Of a stretch of 64,000 bases of DNA, positions 37,909-49,156 are shown piece by piece. Made by a program: the position numbers and the translations under genes. Numbering within the stretch: the first letter of the stretch is position 1; every line of letters starts with the position of its first letter. Origin of the DNA: an uncultured cyanobacterium. Lineage in GTDB: Bacteria > Cyanobacteriota > Cyanobacteriia > PCC-9006 > JAAUQQ01. The notes under the pieces are model-generated. The model was not told the origin of the DNA, made no database searches, and worked only from the letters and a program-made list of their open reading frames with translations. The DNA lies in contig OY970368.1 in assembly GCA_963718615.1 (NCBI GenBank), positions 5,312,001-5,376,000 on the forward strand, given 5' to 3'.

Positions 37909-39210
37909 TTATGCAGTGGCTTTGTCGAGGGCTTGTTTGAGATCACCGATGATGTCATCAATGTGCTCAATGCCGATCGCCAACCGCACCATTTCGGGGG
38001 GAATTCCGACTTCGATTTGATCCGAAGCCGAGAGCTGGGAATGGGTTGTACTGGCCGGGTGAATGGCCAAACTCTTGGCATCGCCAACGTTGGCGAGGTG
38101 GGAGAACATCTCCAGGTTTTCGATGAACTTCTTGCCCGCTTCTGGCCCACCGGAAATTCCAAACACCACCATTGCGCCAAAGCCCTTTTTAAGGTATTTC
38201 TTCGCTGTTTTGTGGGCTTTATCACCTTTCAAACCGGGGTAGCGGACCCATTCCACGGAGCCATGCTGCGATAGAAACTTGGCCACTTCCATGGCGTTCT
38301 CGCAGTGGCGCTGCATGCGTAGATGCAGCGTTTCGATCCCTTGAATAAACATCCAGGCATTATCGGGCGAAATACAGGCCCCCAGATTTCGTAGGGGTAC
38401 CAAGCGCATCCGCAGGGCGTAGGCAATGGGAGCGAGATCACCGAGATCCAGCGCATAGCGCAGGCCGTGGTAGCTGGCATCGGGTTCAGTCATCAGGGGA
38501 AACTTGCCCGAGGTCCAGTCAAATTTGCCAGAATCCACCACGATCCCGCCGATCCCCGTCCCGTGACCGCCCAGCCACTTGGTGAGGGAGTGAATCACGA
38601 TGTCCGCACCATGCTCTAGGGGGCGCAGCAGGTAGGGTGTGGTGAAGGTGCTATCGACAATCAGGGGAATGCCGTTTTCGTGGGCGATCGCCCCAATGAC
38701 CTCTAGGTCCGAAACCTCCAGCCCCGGATTGCTCACCGTCTCACAGTAGAGCAACTTGGTTTTGTCGTTGATCGCGGCGCGAAAATTCTCCGGGTCGCGG
38801 GGATCCACCCAACGCACCGTAATGCCAAACTGGGGCAGGATGTCCTTAAACATCGTGTAGGTGCCGCCGTAGAGGTTGTTGGCGGAAACAAACTCATCCC
38901 CGGCCTGACAAATATTAATAATGCTATAGAAAATTGCGCTGGTTCCCGAAGCCAAGGCTAGGGCGGCTGCACCGCCCTCCATGGCTGCGATCCGCTGCTC
39001 TAGGACATCCTGGGTCGGGTTCATCAGCCGGGTGTAAATATTACCCAGCTCCTTGAGCGCAAACAAATTGGCCGCATGTTCGGTATCGCGAAAGGTGTAG
39101 GAACTGGTGCGATAGACCGGCAGCGCGCGCGCAAAGGTCGTGGGATCCACCGTTTGACCGGCGTGTAGGCATTGTGTTTCGAGATTTTGGCTGGCGTTCA
39201 TGTCACCCAT
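37909..39210 (-). CDS. metY: O-acetylhomoserine sulfhydrylase
   Basis: [20 protein letters not shown] (PLP lysine), [10 protein letters not shown] and [10 protein letters not shown] motifs. Confidence 0.95.
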   Translation of the reverse strand: MGDMNASQNLETQCLHAGQTVDPTTFARALPVYRTSSYTFRDTEHAANLFALKELGNIYTRLMNPTQDVLEQRIAAMEGGAAALALASGTSAIFYSIINICQAGDEFVSANNLYGGTYTMFKDILPQFGITVRWVDPRDPENFRAAINDKTKLLYCETVSNPGLEVSDLEVIGAIAHENGIPLIVDSTFTTPYLLRPLEHGADIVIHSLTKWLGGHGTGIGGIVVDSGKFDWTSGKFPLMTEPDASYHGLRYALDLGDLAPIAYALRMRLVPLRNLGACISPDNAWMFIQGIETLHLRMQRHCENAMEVAKFLSQHGSVEWVRYPGLKGDKAHKTAKKYLKKGFGAMVVFGISGGPEAGKKFIENLEMFSHLANVGDAKSLAIHPASTTHSQLSASDQIEVGIPPEMVRLAIGIEHIDDIIGDLKQALDKATA

Positions 39211-39453
39211 CCTATGGTTGGGATACGTCGTCTTCGCTCTATTATCCCAGTGGTCGGACGCTATGTTTCAATTCCACTGCCCTGTACCCCCCAAGGGGCA
39301 GGATTCACTATCTTGTTGTTGAAAGTATAGACGTACAAATTCCTCGAAAGCATTCGATCCCTGTACTGGTATTTCGTTAAGTTTTAGCAGCTTGTCCTGG
39401 TTCGAGCCGTTTTCTCGTAGTCTGTAATCCAGGGAGCTTCTGGTGTGGCGGGT

Positions 39454-41151
39454 ATGGGCCTAATGAATAGAATTCATTTTCGCCATTGGCGCGGGGATCT
39501 TTTTGGGGGAGTTACCGCTGCCATTGTGGCTTTACCCCTGGCTTTGGCCTTTGGGGTGGTGTCGGGGGCAGGGGCGATCGCAGGACTCTACGGTGCCATC
39601 ATCGTCGGTTTTTTTGCTGCATTGTTTGGGGGCACTCCTGCTCAAGTTTCTGGACCAACAGGCCCCATGACCGTAGTGACGACGACTGTGATTGCGACCC
39701 TCGTGGCCCGATACCCCGAGACGGGCCTCGCCATGGCGTTTACAGTGGTCATGATAGGGGGGCTCCTACAAATTTTATTTGGCGTAATGCGTCTGGGCCA
39801 ATACATTACCCTGTTGCCTTACACCGTGATTTCAGGCTTTATGTCTGGTATTGGGGTGATCATTATTATTTTGCAACTCCCCCCCCTACTGGGGTATGAC
39901 GCTCCGGGGGGGGTGATGGCAACCCTCCAGCAATTGCCCCACTATATCAGTCAGGCCAATGGGGTCGCAGTGGGCCTAGGGCTGCTCACGCTCTTGCTGG
40001 TGTTTGCGGTTCCGCCCAAATTCAATCGCATTCTGCCTGCGCCGCTGGTTGCCTTGGTGGTGGTCACGCTCATTTCGGTTGTGGCGTTCAACGATGTTGG
40101 ACTCGCTCGGATTGGCGATATTCCACGGGGGTTTCCCTCCCTGCGGATGCCGACCTTTTCGGTGCGCGAACTGGACGATATGCTTCGGTATGGTTTGATG
40201 TTGGGGGTATTGGGGGCGATTGATTCGTTGCTCACCTCGTTAGTTGCGGATAGCATTTCGCAGACTCAGCATGACTCAGACCGGGAATTGATTGGCCAGG
40301 GGATTGGCAACCTATTTTCTGGGCTTTTGGGGGGATTGCCAGGGGCTGGGGCAACCATGCGAACGGTCGTCAATGTCCAAGCGGGTGGAAAAACGCCCTT
40401 GTCTGGGATTATCCATGCGTTCACTCTCCTGTTGGTGTTGCTGTGGGCGGGTCCGTTAACAGCGCAAATTCCCAAGGCTGTCTTGGCTGGACTGCTTTTA
40501 AAGGTCGGTATTGACATTCTGGATTGGGGGTTTATTAAACGGGCACCCCGACTGTCTTTGAAAGGAACAGGACTGATGTATCTGGTTCTGTTTTTAACAG
40601 TTTTTGTGGATTTAATTACGGCGGTTTTGGTGGGTGCATTTATCGCCAATGTCCTCACGATCAAACGCCTCAGTGATGTCCAAAGCGATAATATTAGAGC
40701 CATTACCAAGGCGACAGACAGCAAGAACCTGAGCTTGGAGGAGCAGCAATTGCTTGACCAAGCCGCAGGCAATATTTTGCTGTTACAACTCGGTGGACCC
40801 ATGAGCTTTGGTGCGGCGAAAAGTATTTCGCGGCGCATGGCCATGGTGAGAACCTATCAAGCCCTGATCTTAGACTTGAGTGAAGTGCCAAGTTTGGGGG
40901 TGACCGCCGCTTTAGCGATTGAGTCCATTGTGCGGGATGCGATCGCCAATCACCGCTATGTCTGGACGATCGCCCCCTCGGATCAGGTACAAAAACGCCT
41001 GAAAAGCCTAGAACTGGAACGCTATATTCCATCCTCTTGGACTTTAGCTCCTGCTTCTGGAACATTGAGTTTTCCGCTACAGGATGCTACGGATCGTCTG
41101 GCCGCATTGCAGGCTGCGTTAGCGCTGATTGAGGCACAGTCTTCTTCTTGA
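39454..41151 (+). CDS. SulP-family anion transporter (BicA-like) with STAS domain
   Basis: SGPTGPMTV, GAGATMRT, GPMSFG and LILDLSEVP motifs. Confidence 0.9.
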   Translation: MGLMNRIHFRHWRGDLFGGVTAAIVALPLALAFGVVSGAGAIAGLYGAIIVGFFAALFGGTPAQVSGPTGPMTVVTTTVIATLVARYPETGLAMAFTVVMIGGLLQILFGVMRLGQYITLLPYTVISGFMSGIGVIIIILQLPPLLGYDAPGGVMATLQQLPHYISQANGVAVGLGLLTLLLVFAVPPKFNRILPAPLVALVVVTLISVVAFNDVGLARIGDIPRGFPSLRMPTFSVRELDDMLRYGLMLGVLGAIDSLLTSLVADSISQTQHDSDRELIGQGIGNLFSGLLGGLPGAGATMRTVVNVQAGGKTPLSGIIHAFTLLLVLLWAGPLTAQIPKAVLAGLLLKVGIDILDWGFIKRAPRLSLKGTGLMYLVLFLTVFVDLITAVLVGAFIANVLTIKRLSDVQSDNIRAITKATDSKNLSLEEQQLLDQAAGNILLLQLGGPMSFGAAKSISRRMAMVRTYQALILDLSEVPSLGVTAALAIESIVRDAIANHRYVWTIAPSDQVQKRLKSLELERYIPSSWTLAPASGTLSFPLQDATDRLAALQAALALIEAQSSS

Positions 41152-41183
41152 TAGGTCTCGCTCCAGTCTCAATTTTTTGTCTT

Positions 41184-42062
41184 ATGTCCTCAGATGCCCC
41201 CGTCTGTTCTCCTCCCCCGACGCTTTTGGTTCTGGCTTCAATGATATCCACGCAGGTGGGCTCGGCGATCGCCAAACCCCTCTTTCCTGAAGTGGGATCC
41301 TCCGGTGTGGTCTTCCTGCGCCTGTGTTTTGCCACGCTGCTCCTGTTGCTCTGGCAACGTCCTGAGCTCAAGCATTTGACCCGGCGGGATTATGGCCTGC
41401 TCTTGGTCTTTGGTTTGTCGATTGCCCTGATGAATGGCTGCTTCTATGGGGCGATCGCCCGCATTCCCCTGGGCATCGCCGTCACGCTGGAATTTCTGGG
41501 TCCCTTGGGGGTGGCGTTGCTCAATTCCCGTCGGCCTTTGGATTGGGTTTGGGTCCTTTTCGCCGCTGCGGGGGTGGTGTTGCTGTCGCCTGGGGGGCAG
41601 ACTTCCCTTGATCCCTGGGGCCTGGGTCTGGCACTGCTGGCGGCAGTGGGCTGGGGATCCTATATTTTGCTGGCGGCCCGAGTGGGGAAAGTGTTGACTG
41701 GGCCCATTTTGCCCCTGGTGTTGGCGATCGCGGCCCTCGCCATGTTGCCCTTGGGCATTGCCTCCGGCGGGATCGATCTGTTGCAACCCAAGATTTTAGC
41801 CCTGGGGGTGGCGATCGCCTTCCTCTCTTCCGTGGTGACCTATTCCTTTGAAATGGAGGCGCTCAAACGCATGCCGGTGAATGTGTTTGGGGTGTGGATG
41901 AGCTTGGAACCGGCGATCGCCGCAGGCTTAGGGTTTTTGGTGTTGGGAGAGGCCCTATCGGGGCGATCGCTCATGGCCATTGCCTTGGTCAGCCTCGCCG
42001 CTGCGGGGTCAGCGGCCCAGTCGCGCTCAGCCGCCTCCCTCGATTCCCTCGACCCCCACTGA
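41184..42062 (+). CDS. EamA/DMT transporter (RhtA-like)
   Basis: RIPLGIAVTLEFLGPL and MSLEPAIAA motifs. Confidence 0.88.
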   Translation: MSSDAPVCSPPPTLLVLASMISTQVGSAIAKPLFPEVGSSGVVFLRLCFATLLLLLWQRPELKHLTRRDYGLLLVFGLSIALMNGCFYGAIARIPLGIAVTLEFLGPLGVALLNSRRPLDWVWVLFAAAGVVLLSPGGQTSLDPWGLGLALLAAVGWGSYILLAARVGKVLTGPILPLVLAIAALAMLPLGIASGGIDLLQPKILALGVAIAFLSSVVTYSFEMEALKRMPVNVFGVWMSLEPAIAAGLGFLVLGEALSGRSLMAIALVSLAAAGSAAQSRSAASLDSLDPH

Positions 42063-42082
42063 AGACGCGGCCCTCTTTGTGA

Positions 42083-42520
42083 TCACGACTTGTGATAGCT
42101 GCCGCCGTGTAAAATATTCTTGGCTCGATACAGTTGCTCCACCAAGAGCAGCCGCGCCAGCTCATGGGGAAAGGTCATGGGCGACAAGCTGAAGCACTGC
42201 TCGGCGGCCTGTTTGACCGTCTGATCTAAGCCTTCCGCGCTACCCAGGACAAACACCAAGGCATTGGAATCCGCCTCGCCTAAAAATCGGGCAAACTGTT
42301 TTGAGGTATAGGGTTTACCCTCTTCCGTTAGGGCAATGAGGCGATCGCTCCCCTGCACCATCGACAGCAGTTTCTTCCCTTCTTCCGCCGGACTGGAATC
42401 CTTAATTTCCACCACTTCAAGCTCGGGCAGCCGCTTCAGATAGATCCCGATTCCCATTTGAATCCAGTCCTTTTTGACCCGACCCACCGCAATTAGCTTG
42501 ACCTTGGGAAAACTCTGCAT
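42083..42520 (-). CDS. rlmH: 23S rRNA pseudouridine-1915 methyltransferase
   Basis: SLSPMTFPHELARLLLVEQLYRA...YHK. Confidence 0.96.
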   Translation of the reverse strand: MQSFPKVKLIAVGRVKKDWIQMGIGIYLKRLPELEVVEIKDSSPAEEGKKLLSMVQGSDRLIALTEEGKPYTSKQFARFLGEADSNALVFVLGSAEGLDQTVKQAAEQCFSLSPMTFPHELARLLLVEQLYRAKNILHGGSYHKS

Positions 42521-42717
42521 CTCGATCGGGATTCATCCTGGTTATGAGTTCAAAATATTATAGAAAATATTATAAATTCCTCGACCCAACTATCCCCAAA
42601 CCCCCGCTCAAAGCTTTAGAGTGTCGGCTAGGGCTAGCGGTTCTGCGACCAGTGTTTGCTGGCTGCTCGTCACGCTCGGTTGCTTCTGGCCGATTTGCTG
42701 CATCATCACTAGGATTT

Positions 42718-44208
42718 ATGGATATCCAAACGCCTGACTGGGTTAAACATGCCGTTTTTTATCAGATTTTTCCCGATCGCTTTGCCAAAACCAACCGTCC
42801 CCGTGCTGAATTACCCCCTGCGATGCAGGTGCCCCTAGAGCCCTGGGATGCTTTACCCACCGTCCATGGCTACAAGGGGGGAGATCTGTGGGGCATTGCC
42901 GAAAATCTCGACTATCTCGTGGATTTGGGCGTGACTGCCATTTACTTCACGCCGCTGTTTCAGTCTGCCTCCAACCACCGCTATCACACCCACGACTATT
43001 ATCAAATTGATCCGATGTTGGGGGGCAATGATGCCTTTGAGTTCATGCTCAAAGCCGCCCACGATCGCAATCTCAAAGTGGTCCTCGATGGCGTTTTTAA
43101 CCATGCCAGCCGGGGCTTTTTCTTTTTCAATGATTTGCTCGAAAATGGTGCACAATCCCCCTGGCGAGACTGGTTTCGGATCCAGGGTTGGCCACTCTCC
43201 GCCTATGATGCCGATAAGCCGATGAACTATGTGGGCTGGTGGAATTTGCCCGCGCTGCCGGTGTTTAATCATGACAATCCCCAGGCACGGGAATATCTCA
43301 TGCAGGTGGCAGAATACTGGCTCAAAAAAGGCATTGATGGCTGGCGATTGGATGTACCGGGGGAGGTCAAAACGCCGGGATTTTGGCAGGAATTTCGCGA
43401 TCGCATCAAAGCCATCAACCCCGAAGCCTACATCGTGGGCGAAATTTGGGACGATGCGAAGGACTGGCTCGATGGCACCCAGTTTGATGGGGTCATGAAC
43501 TATTTGTTTACCAGTCCGACGCTGGCGTTTGCGGGGGGCGATCGCGTTGTCATGTCCCTCGTCGAAGGACCCGGTTACTATCCCTATCCGGCGATCGATG
43601 CCCATGCCTATGGCAACCGCATTCGCCATCTCTTGGCCCATTATCCCTGGGAAATTCAGCTGACCCAGCTCAATTTGCTTTCCAGCCATGACATTGCCCG
43701 CGCCCTGAGTGTGGTGGGGGGCGATCGCGCTAGTTTTGAGTTAGCCGTGCTGTTGCAAATGACGTTTCCTGGCGCGCCCAGTATCTACTACGGCGATGAG
43801 GTCGGGTTGTTGGGAGGGCTAGATCCAGACTGTCGGCGGGGGTTTCCGGCGGCGGAAGCCTGGGATCAAGGCTATCTTGATTTGCACAAACAACTGATTG
43901 CCCTGCGACGACGCTATCCTGCCTTGCGAACCGGCCATTATGAAGTCCTGTGGGCGGAGGGGATGTGTTATGCCTTTTTGCGATCGCTCCCCGAGGACAC
44001 CCGGATGGTGATTGTCAATGCGGGCGAAACTGCGGCTCAACTGACGTTGCCAGGGGACAAACTGACACCCAGCGCCCAAAATCCGACCGCACCGCCGGAG
44101 CTTTTGTTAGGGACGGGGGCAGCGGTAGGCCTAACAGGGGAAACCATGATTCGGCAGGCGGAGCAGCTAGAAATTCAAGTGCCAGCCCGGAGTGGCATGG
44201 TGATTTAA
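42718..44208 (+). CDS. GH13 neopullulanase/cyclomaltodextrinase
   Basis: FYQIFPDRF, DGVFNH, GWRLDVP, GEIW and SHD motifs. Confidence 0.93.
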   Translation: MDIQTPDWVKHAVFYQIFPDRFAKTNRPRAELPPAMQVPLEPWDALPTVHGYKGGDLWGIAENLDYLVDLGVTAIYFTPLFQSASNHRYHTHDYYQIDPMLGGNDAFEFMLKAAHDRNLKVVLDGVFNHASRGFFFFNDLLENGAQSPWRDWFRIQGWPLSAYDADKPMNYVGWWNLPALPVFNHDNPQAREYLMQVAEYWLKKGIDGWRLDVPGEVKTPGFWQEFRDRIKAINPEAYIVGEIWDDAKDWLDGTQFDGVMNYLFTSPTLAFAGGDRVVMSLVEGPGYYPYPAIDAHAYGNRIRHLLAHYPWEIQLTQLNLLSSHDIARALSVVGGDRASFELAVLLQMTFPGAPSIYYGDEVGLLGGLDPDCRRGFPAAEAWDQGYLDLHKQLIALRRRYPALRTGHYEVLWAEGMCYAFLRSLPEDTRMVIVNAGETAAQLTLPGDKLTPSAQNPTAPPELLLGTGAAVGLTGETMIRQAEQLEIQVPARSGMVI

Positions 44209-44242
44209 AGCAAGTGGAAACCAGCCAATTGGCGACCGAAAA

Positions 44243-45022
44243 CTAGCAAGACAAAAAGCGGCGAAGCTGATGGGCGATCGCCGCTGGATTTTCTAAATGA
44301 ATGTTGTGTCCTGCATTCGCAATGATTTTGAGCTGTGCGCTAGGACACTGTTCAACCATGGTTCGATTGAGATCGACATATTTAGGATCCAGTTCTCCTG
44401 CTAACAACAAAAGGGGGTGGGAATGGTGAGTCAATTTTTCCCAAAGATTGGGTTGTGAACCGGTTCCCATTTTCCTTAGGGAACAAGATAAATTTTGAGG
44501 AGAATTTTTTAAGCGACGCTGCATCATGGCGTCAAAAGCCTGTGGATATCTTTTGAGCGAAACGAACAAAGATTGCTCATACCAGATTGTTAAAAAGTTA
44601 TGAAAATTGTTTTCGATCGCCATGGAATGCTGAAAGTCCTTGATCTGTCGTGCTTTTCGATCTTCATCTTTTCTTAATCCTGGCGAGGCGGATTCCAAGA
44701 CAGCCTGTGGAAAAACCTGTGGAAAACTCAGGGCGCAGTAGAGCGCCAGTCGTCCTCCCATGGAGTATCCCATGAGTAAATCGGGCTGAATTTTCTGTCG
44801 TTGGAGCCAGTTCACGAGGTGCTCTGCGGTCTGCTCCATGGCAAAGCATTGGGGATCCTGAACCTGAGTTTGGCCGTGGCCGGGTAAATCGACGGCGATA
44901 CAGCAAAAATCATTCTGTAGGTGTTCCATGACGGGCCACCAGTCTGCGCTACTCCCCATAAACCCATGGAGAAAGAGGAGAATCGGCCCTTGTCCCGTGC
45001 GAATGGCATGGAATTCAATCAT
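44243..45022 (-). CDS. menH: SHCHC synthase (phylloquinone pathway)
   Basis: LHGFMG, GYSMGGRLA, LESASPGL, GELDPKY and GHNIH motifs. Start reassigned to ATG 45022. Confidence 0.88.
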   Translation of the reverse strand: MIEFHAIRTGQGPILLFLHGFMGSSADWWPVMEHLQNDFCCIAVDLPGHGQTQVQDPQCFAMEQTAEHLVNWLQRQKIQPDLLMGYSMGGRLALYCALSFPQVFPQAVLESASPGLRKDEDRKARQIKDFQHSMAIENNFHNFLTIWYEQSLFVSLKRYPQAFDAMMQRRLKNSPQNLSCSLRKMGTGSQPNLWEKLTHHSHPLLLLAGELDPKYVDLNRTMVEQCPSAQLKIIANAGHNIHLENPAAIAHQLRRFLSC

Positions 45023-45051
45023 GGCATGCAACCCTTCCACTCGACCAGCCT

Positions 45052-46434
45052 CTAGCGCAGAATAATCAGTCGCGCGACGCTGAGATAAATAAACACCCCC
45101 GACACATCCACCGCTGTGGTAATAAAAGGAGCCGACATCAGCGCCGGATCGAGTCCCAACTTTTGAAACAGCAACGGCAGCATCGAGCCCGCCGTCGAAG
45201 CCAACACCGAAATGGCCACCAAACTGATCCCCACGGAAATCGCCACCGTAGCATCCTGCTGGAGCCAATAGGCCCAAATCGTCACCACGAGCGCCAACAT
45301 CAGCCCCAGCAAGAGTCCCGCCGTGGCCTCTCGCAAAATCACCTTTCCCGCGCCCAAGTTGCGAATGCTATCGGTGTTTAAGCCGCGAATCACAACGGTT
45401 GAAGACTGGGCTCCCACATTTCCCCCCGTTCCAATCAGCAAAGGAATAAAGGCCGTGAGCGCCACCACCTGTTTCAGGACATCCTGATGGTTGCTGATCA
45501 CCGCGCTGGTTCCTGTGTTAGTAATTAAAAGCACAAATAGCCAAACCACCCGCCGTCGGGCGACGGTAAGCAAATTGGTCTGAAAGTAGTCAGCCCCATC
45601 TCCGGTTTGGACCCCACCAAGGGCATAGATATCTTCCGTGGCCTCCGCTTCAACGATGTCCAGCACATCATCCACCGTCACAATACCGACGAGGCGCTGC
45701 TCGCGATCCACCACTGGCACTGCTAAAAAGTCATAGCGCTGAATAATCCGAGCCACTTCCTCCTGGTCCGCATCCGTTTGCACCGCCACAACTTCGCGGG
45801 TCATGATCTGGCCGATGGTTTCCTGGGGGTGAGCAATTACGATATCCCGCAGAGATAAAATCCCCCGCAAGCGTCGCGCTGCATCCGTACTGTAAAGGTA
45901 ATAAATAGTTTCCTTCACATCCGCGAGGCTGCGAATATATTTCAGCGCCTCCTCGACGGTCATTGTTTCCTTGAGAGAAATATATTCCGGCGTCATGATC
46001 CGGCCCGCCGTGTTGGGCTCATAGCCCAGAAGCATCGACGTCAGTTCCCGTTCCTGGGGGCTCATTTGCAGGAGCAGACGACGGACAAACTTGGCTGGGA
46101 GTTCGTCAAACAGCTTGGCTCGGTCATCGGGAGACATTTGCTCCACGATGTCAAAGACTTCCTGGCTCTTGAACTCTTCAATCAGCGCCTGCTGGACAGA
46201 GGAATCCAGGTGTTCATAAACTTCGATCGCCTCATCCTTGGAGAGTAGCCGGAAGGCGATCGCCTGCATGGCCTGGGGTAAATCTTCGATCGCATCGGCA
46301 ATATCCGCAGCTTGAACCGGCACCAGCAGCGTTTTGGCCCCTTGGAGATTATCCTGCGCTAAGAGCGCCTGAAGCTGTGCCCGCACCAGGTCCCGAATTT
46401 CAGTGCGCGATAGGGTCGGGGAAGAATCTGTCAA
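45052..46434 (-). CDS. mgtE: Magnesium transporter
   Basis: CBS pair, GGNVGAQS, DPALMSAPFITT.VD motifs. Confidence 0.96.
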   Translation of the reverse strand: MTDSSPTLSRTEIRDLVRAQLQALLAQDNLQGAKTLLVPVQAADIADAIEDLPQAMQAIAFRLLSKDEAIEVYEHLDSSVQQALIEEFKSQEVFDIVEQMSPDDRAKLFDELPAKFVRRLLLQMSPQERELTSMLLGYEPNTAGRIMTPEYISLKETMTVEEALKYIRSLADVKETIYYLYSTDAARRLRGILSLRDIVIAHPQETIGQIMTREVVAVQTDADQEEVARIIQRYDFLAVPVVDREQRLVGIVTVDDVLDIVEAEATEDIYALGGVQTGDGADYFQTNLLTVARRRVVWLFVLLITNTGTSAVISNHQDVLKQVVALTAFIPLLIGTGGNVGAQSSTVVIRGLNTDSIRNLGAGKVILREATAGLLLGLMLALVVTIWAYWLQQDATVAISVGISLVAISVLASTAGSMLPLLFQKLGLDPALMSAPFITTAVDVSGVFIYLSVARLIILR

Positions 46435-46698
46435 GATAGCCTCGCTTTGAAATCTTCGTCTTGAAATCTTCGTCAGGGGGAATCTTCAGGGATCAATCTT
46501 TAGGGATCATAGATTCCAGATCAATTTTGCAATAAACCCATGTCTTTCTTAATTAGATCGATCAATTGCTGGGAGTGCAACCGCCTCCTGCGTAAATATT
46601 AAATAAATTGGAAGCATCTGGATAAATCCTCTTCTATGGTGGTACGAGACGCAAAATTCTGGGTGTATCAATCCAGATCCTATTAGTGAGGTCAGCTT

Positions 46699-47619
46699 AT
46701 GGAACTGCATGAGCTGCTGGCAGCCTACGAAACCGGTGAACGTAGCTTTAATGGAGCCGATTTACAGGGAATTAATCTAAGTCAGAGGACGTTAATTGAG
46801 ATTCAGTTCTTTGGTGCGAATCTCATGGGTAGTAATTTAAGTCGTAGCTTTTTGCTACGGGCGAACTTGCAGGATGCGTTTTTGAACTGGGCCAATCTCA
46901 GTTATGCCAAGTTGGGAGAAGCGACGTTGGCTGATGCGGATCTGACCAAGGCGGATCTGACCGGGGCCTTTGCCATCAAAGCCGATCTGAACCATGCCAA
47001 GCTTAGTGGGGCAACGCTTTGTGATATTAACCTACGCGGTGCAAACCTGCGTCGGGCCAATCTTTCCGGTGCGAATCTACGCGGTGCGAATTTGCGCGGT
47101 GCGGATCTACGCGGTGCGAATTTGAGCTGGGCCAATTTGGAGGGGGCTCGCCTAAGTGGTGCGTTATTGGAGGGAGCCTTTCTCCACCAAGTCAATTTGA
47201 AGGGAGCGTTTTTGAATGGATTAGAGTTGCCCGGTGTGGATTTGAGCGGTGTCAACCTGGGGGAGGCAAGGCTCAGCGGGATTAGTTTGAAGGGAGCCCA
47301 TCTCAAGGCTTCTAGTCTCTGGTCTGCCAGGGGCCGGGGTGCCCAATTGACCGGGGCAGACTTCCAAGGGGCTAATTTGAGTCGTGCATTGCTCATGAAT
47401 GCCGATCTGAAGTGGAGTAATCTGCGACAGGCGGATTTGAGCGAGGCCGATCTCCGGGGGGCAAACCTGCTGGGCGCAAAGATCGACGGGGCTACCTTTA
47501 CTGGAGCCCTGGTCTCCCAGGAATTGTATCGCTATCTTCGCTTGATTGCGGTGGGCAATCCCTACGAAGGATTAGAAAGCACGGCTCAGACCTTAGAGCG
47601 TTCGATTGCTGTAAGTTAA
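46699..47619 (+). CDS. Pentapeptide repeat protein
   Basis: Continuous A(D/N)LxG repeats. Confidence 0.95.
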   Translation: MELHELLAAYETGERSFNGADLQGINLSQRTLIEIQFFGANLMGSNLSRSFLLRANLQDAFLNWANLSYAKLGEATLADADLTKADLTGAFAIKADLNHAKLSGATLCDINLRGANLRRANLSGANLRGANLRGADLRGANLSWANLEGARLSGALLEGAFLHQVNLKGAFLNGLELPGVDLSGVNLGEARLSGISLKGAHLKASSLWSARGRGAQLTGADFQGANLSRALLMNADLKWSNLRQADLSEADLRGANLLGAKIDGATFTGALVSQELYRYLRLIAVGNPYEGLESTAQTLERSIAVS

Positions 47620-47660
47620 AAGCAGTTTCTCACGTTGATTAGGCTACAAGCAGTTTCTCA

Positions 47661-47692
47661 AAAGGGGAGGTCGTCGACGTCCCCTTTCCTTT
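47661..47692 (+). terminator. Probable intrinsic terminator
   Basis: AAAGGGGA...TCCCCTTT hairpin with a T-rich tail after the pentapeptide gene. Confidence 0.5.
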
Positions 47693-47757
47693 GCTGTTTA
47701 TGATGGATCTTTGTTCTGTGTTTTGTGTCCTGTGTTTTGTTTGGAGCGGTTGCATCC

Positions 47758-48300
47758 ATGAACTCTGCTGTCCCGATTTTGCCCCTCGCGGCGCTGGAAT
47801 TTTTGCCCTATTTGGACTCGGAGGGCGGGGTGCCGGACTCTATCGGTCAGGGCCAGGTGGGGGTCTATGCTATTTTTGATGGCGATCGCACCCTCCAATA
47901 CATCGGCATGTCCCGCGATATCTATCTCAGTTTGCAACAGCATCTCACCCGTTGTCCTGAGGCTTGCTATTGGGTCAAGCTACAGACGATCGATCGCCCC
48001 AATCGGACTCAGCTAGAGGAGATTCGGGCGGCTTGGATTGCAGAGGTGGGGGAAATACCCGTGGGCAATGGCCCGGAAGAAGAGTGCTGGACCCAGGCGA
48101 TCGATGCCCGCAAGCAGGCCACTCCTGAGGAAAAGGCTGCCTATGCCGCTGCGGATGACGCGGGGCGGATTAAGGTGTTAAAGCAACTGGCTCGGCGGGT
48201 GGAGGCGGAGGTCAAAGCGCGGCTCGTGGCCCGAGGGGTGACGATGGCGTTTCGATTTGATCCCAAGCTCAAAGAACAGGGGTTGCTAACACTCAAATAG
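47758..48300 (+). CDS. GIY-YIG domain protein
   Basis: GVYAIFD...LQYIGMSRD motif. Confidence 0.85.
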   Translation: MNSAVPILPLAALEFLPYLDSEGGVPDSIGQGQVGVYAIFDGDRTLQYIGMSRDIYLSLQQHLTRCPEACYWVKLQTIDRPNRTQLEEIRAAWIAEVGEIPVGNGPEEECWTQAIDARKQATPEEKAAYAAADDAGRIKVLKQLARRVEAEVKARLVARGVTMAFRFDPKLKEQGLLTLK

Positions 48301-48342
48301 TTGGCCCTTGCCGCTTGGATTCTTTCCTTTATTTCATTTTTT

Positions 48343-49113
48343 ATGCTGGATCTTGGCGCAACTGAAGCGGTGTTAGCGCTCTGCTTGGGGCTGATTCCTC
48401 TGGTTCTTTCCCAGGTGCAACGCTTGAACCTCGGTGGGGAGATCCTTCTGAGCCTCGGACGGGCGATTGTACAACTGATTGTCTTGGCCTATGTCCTGTC
48501 GCTGGCGTTTAGCCAACCTGCGCCCTGGGCCACGTTTGCTGTCCTGGGGCTGTTGGGGTTGATAACGACTCGTTTATTGAGCCAGCGCATTAGCCCGGAT
48601 TTGCCGGGGCTGACGGTTTGGGTGGCGGCGGCGCTGCTGACCAGTTTGGGGACGGTGCTGAGCTATGCGGTTTTGGTGGTGATTCGGCCAGATGCCTGGT
48701 TTGATCCCCAGTATTGGATTCCCCTGGGCAGTGCCCTGTTGGCCCAATGTCTGAATGGAGGGGCGATCGCCGGAGATCAGTTGCTTCGACTCCTGCAACG
48801 CCATCGTGCAGACATCGAAACCCGTTTGAGTTTGGGGGCAACGCCGGGACAAGCGGTGCAAACCTACCGACAGGCCGCCCTGCGAACCGCGCTGTTGCCT
48901 AACCTGAACACCCTGGCGATCGCCGGTTTGGGTAATATTCCTCTGTTTATGAATGGGCAACTGATTGCGGGGGCCAATCCCTTAGTAGCTGTTTTGTATG
49001 AGCTACTGTTGGGATTGGTGTTGCTGAGCGGGGGGGCGATCGCCGCGAGCCTGATTTGCTGGGGCATTGAACGGTTGAGCTTTACGGCCCAGGCTCAGCT
49101 CAAGGAGATCTAG
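48343..49113 (+). CDS. FetB/UPF0014-like ABC permease
   Basis: RAIVQL, PQYWIP, IETRLSLGAT and GQLIAGANPL motifs. Confidence 0.85.
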   Translation: MLDLGATEAVLALCLGLIPLVLSQVQRLNLGGEILLSLGRAIVQLIVLAYVLSLAFSQPAPWATFAVLGLLGLITTRLLSQRISPDLPGLTVWVAAALLTSLGTVLSYAVLVVIRPDAWFDPQYWIPLGSALLAQCLNGGAIAGDQLLRLLQRHRADIETRLSLGATPGQAVQTYRQAALRTALLPNLNTLAIAGLGNIPLFMNGQLIAGANPLVAVLYELLLGLVLLSGGAIAASLICWGIERLSFTAQAQLKEI

Positions 49114-49156
49114 ATCTCTAGGCGATATCTTTGGGGATATTTCTGGGCGATCGGGA

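Noticed and set aside
39211-39440. SAM riboswitch upstream of metY
   Set aside because: I could not find the SAM-I core elements by eye; an Rfam scan would settle it.
42853-43689. 278-aa minus-strand ORF
   Set aside because: Antisense shadow of the GH13 gene.
44243-45277. 344-aa menH ORF overlapping mgtE
   Set aside because: The N-terminal extension is an alternative frame of mgtE; the hydrolase fold starts at ATG 45022.
47758-48300. GIY-YIG gene as a homing endonuclease or intron
   Set aside because: No interrupted host gene or intron features; it has host-like composition with HIP1 sites.
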